DNA from: Octopus sinensis
Taxonomy: Eukaryota
Length of the DNA stretch: 64,000 nt
Direction: 5' to 3'
Assembly: GCF_006345805.1 (NCBI RefSeq)
Contig: NC_042999.1
Location: 125,550,001 to 125,614,000, forward strand
Shown: in pieces, positions 62,961 to 64,000 of the stretch
Layout of the letters: each line of letters starts with the position of its first letter
Position numbering within the stretch: position 1 is the stretch's first letter
Translations under genes and position numbers: made by a program
The notes under the pieces: model-generated
Database searches by the model: none
Told to the model about the DNA's origin: nothing
What the model saw: the letters and a program-made list of their open reading frames with translations, nothing else

Positions 62961-64000
62961 ATAAAGGAAGGCTTTGTTTGCATGACGGTTTAGTTGAATA
63001 GCAGTTTATACTTAATAAAACTAAGAGGTTGATAGGAGGAAAATGTTTGCTACAGGTATTGCACCCTACATTATTCAAGATTAATAAAATTTCCGAAGTG
63101 ACCAATGTTGAATAATGCCACTACATGCCAATTATAGTTGTTATACATGCCTTGATTGACATACATATTTAAGGGCTTCAGTAGAGTAAGAAAAGAAAAA
63201 GATTTCTCCAATGCAAAATTTTGTTTCCAACTTTTCATTAAAAAATAATTTAAATCTTATTAAAATTTATAAATTAAAAGGATTTCAATATCTAATAATA
63301 ACTTGCACAAAAACCAGTATATTTTATACATGAAACAAAACGTTCAGTGCTGATATTTATAATAAAACAAAATAAACTTGAAAGTCCTGTTTTAATTAAA
63401 AAAAAAAAAAAACAACAACAAAAAAACTCATCTTAATAGATTAGTATTTATAATATAAATTAAGTGATAAATGTAGAAATAAAGATACAATTTAATGAAT
63501 ACATCTCATTACTAATGAAGAGAAATATAGGATTTTTTCCCCACTGATGTTCATGAAGTTTTTAACTGATTAACTTAGCTTTGCAAAATATTTTATGGAA
63601 ATGATATTAAATACATTATTGTACACATCCACATGATCTGTACAAAGGTGTGTGTGTGTGTACATGTACGAGACCAAAGTTTCTTTCGATTAGTTTTTCA
63701 CTTTGTAAATTTCATACAATTTCTATAGGAGTAAACATAAACAAATTTGCTATGAGAGTAAATTAGCTTTATTATTTTACAAATACAATAACTGGCTAAT
63801 GATTGATTAATAAAAAGTAATGCAAGTACATAGGATCAAAAGAAAATTAAATAGTTTATGAAGAATAAAGGAATGTTTGAGAAAACTGTTAGATGTCACT
63901 AATGTAATATATGAATGCTTCCTCATGGAAGTTATACCTTACATGATACTACAAGTAAGAACAGGTGATCCATTAACTCATTTATCCACATGCTTGAAAA

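Overview
AT-rich, repeat-dense animal genomic DNA. The SINE/RTE repertoire and microsatellite load look like an octopus (coleoid cephalopod) genome; this is inferred from repeat pattern, not from a search. The only well-supported protein-coding gene is AP-1 complex subunit gamma-1 (AP1G1) on the minus strand. I traced 16 GT-AG exons from 47632 down to the stop at 22122; they splice in frame into 606 aa plus stop (C-terminal trunk, hinge, gamma-ear). The 5' exons were not found and probably lie beyond 64000. A probable 3'UTR runs to about 19855. The rest is a 3.7-kb compound CA/TA microsatellite, a possible orphan first exon near 4.5 kb, and many TEs: RTE LINEs (one 2.5-kb copy with RT and a PHD-type finger), tRNA-derived SINEs, mariner and piggyBac derivatives, a CR1/L2-like 3' end and a candidate solo LTR. 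The most striking unexplained structure is a set of three type-I hammerhead-ribozyme motifs. Each has a Penelope-like very short helix III and an unusually long (about 100 nt) helix II domain. One is at 9741-9867; two form a divergent inverted pair (22647-22986) in the last AP1G1 intron. All coordinates, alignments and folds were done by eye. Exon, TIR, TSD and ribozyme coordinates were counted base by base; boundaries of degenerate repeats are approximate (tens of bp).
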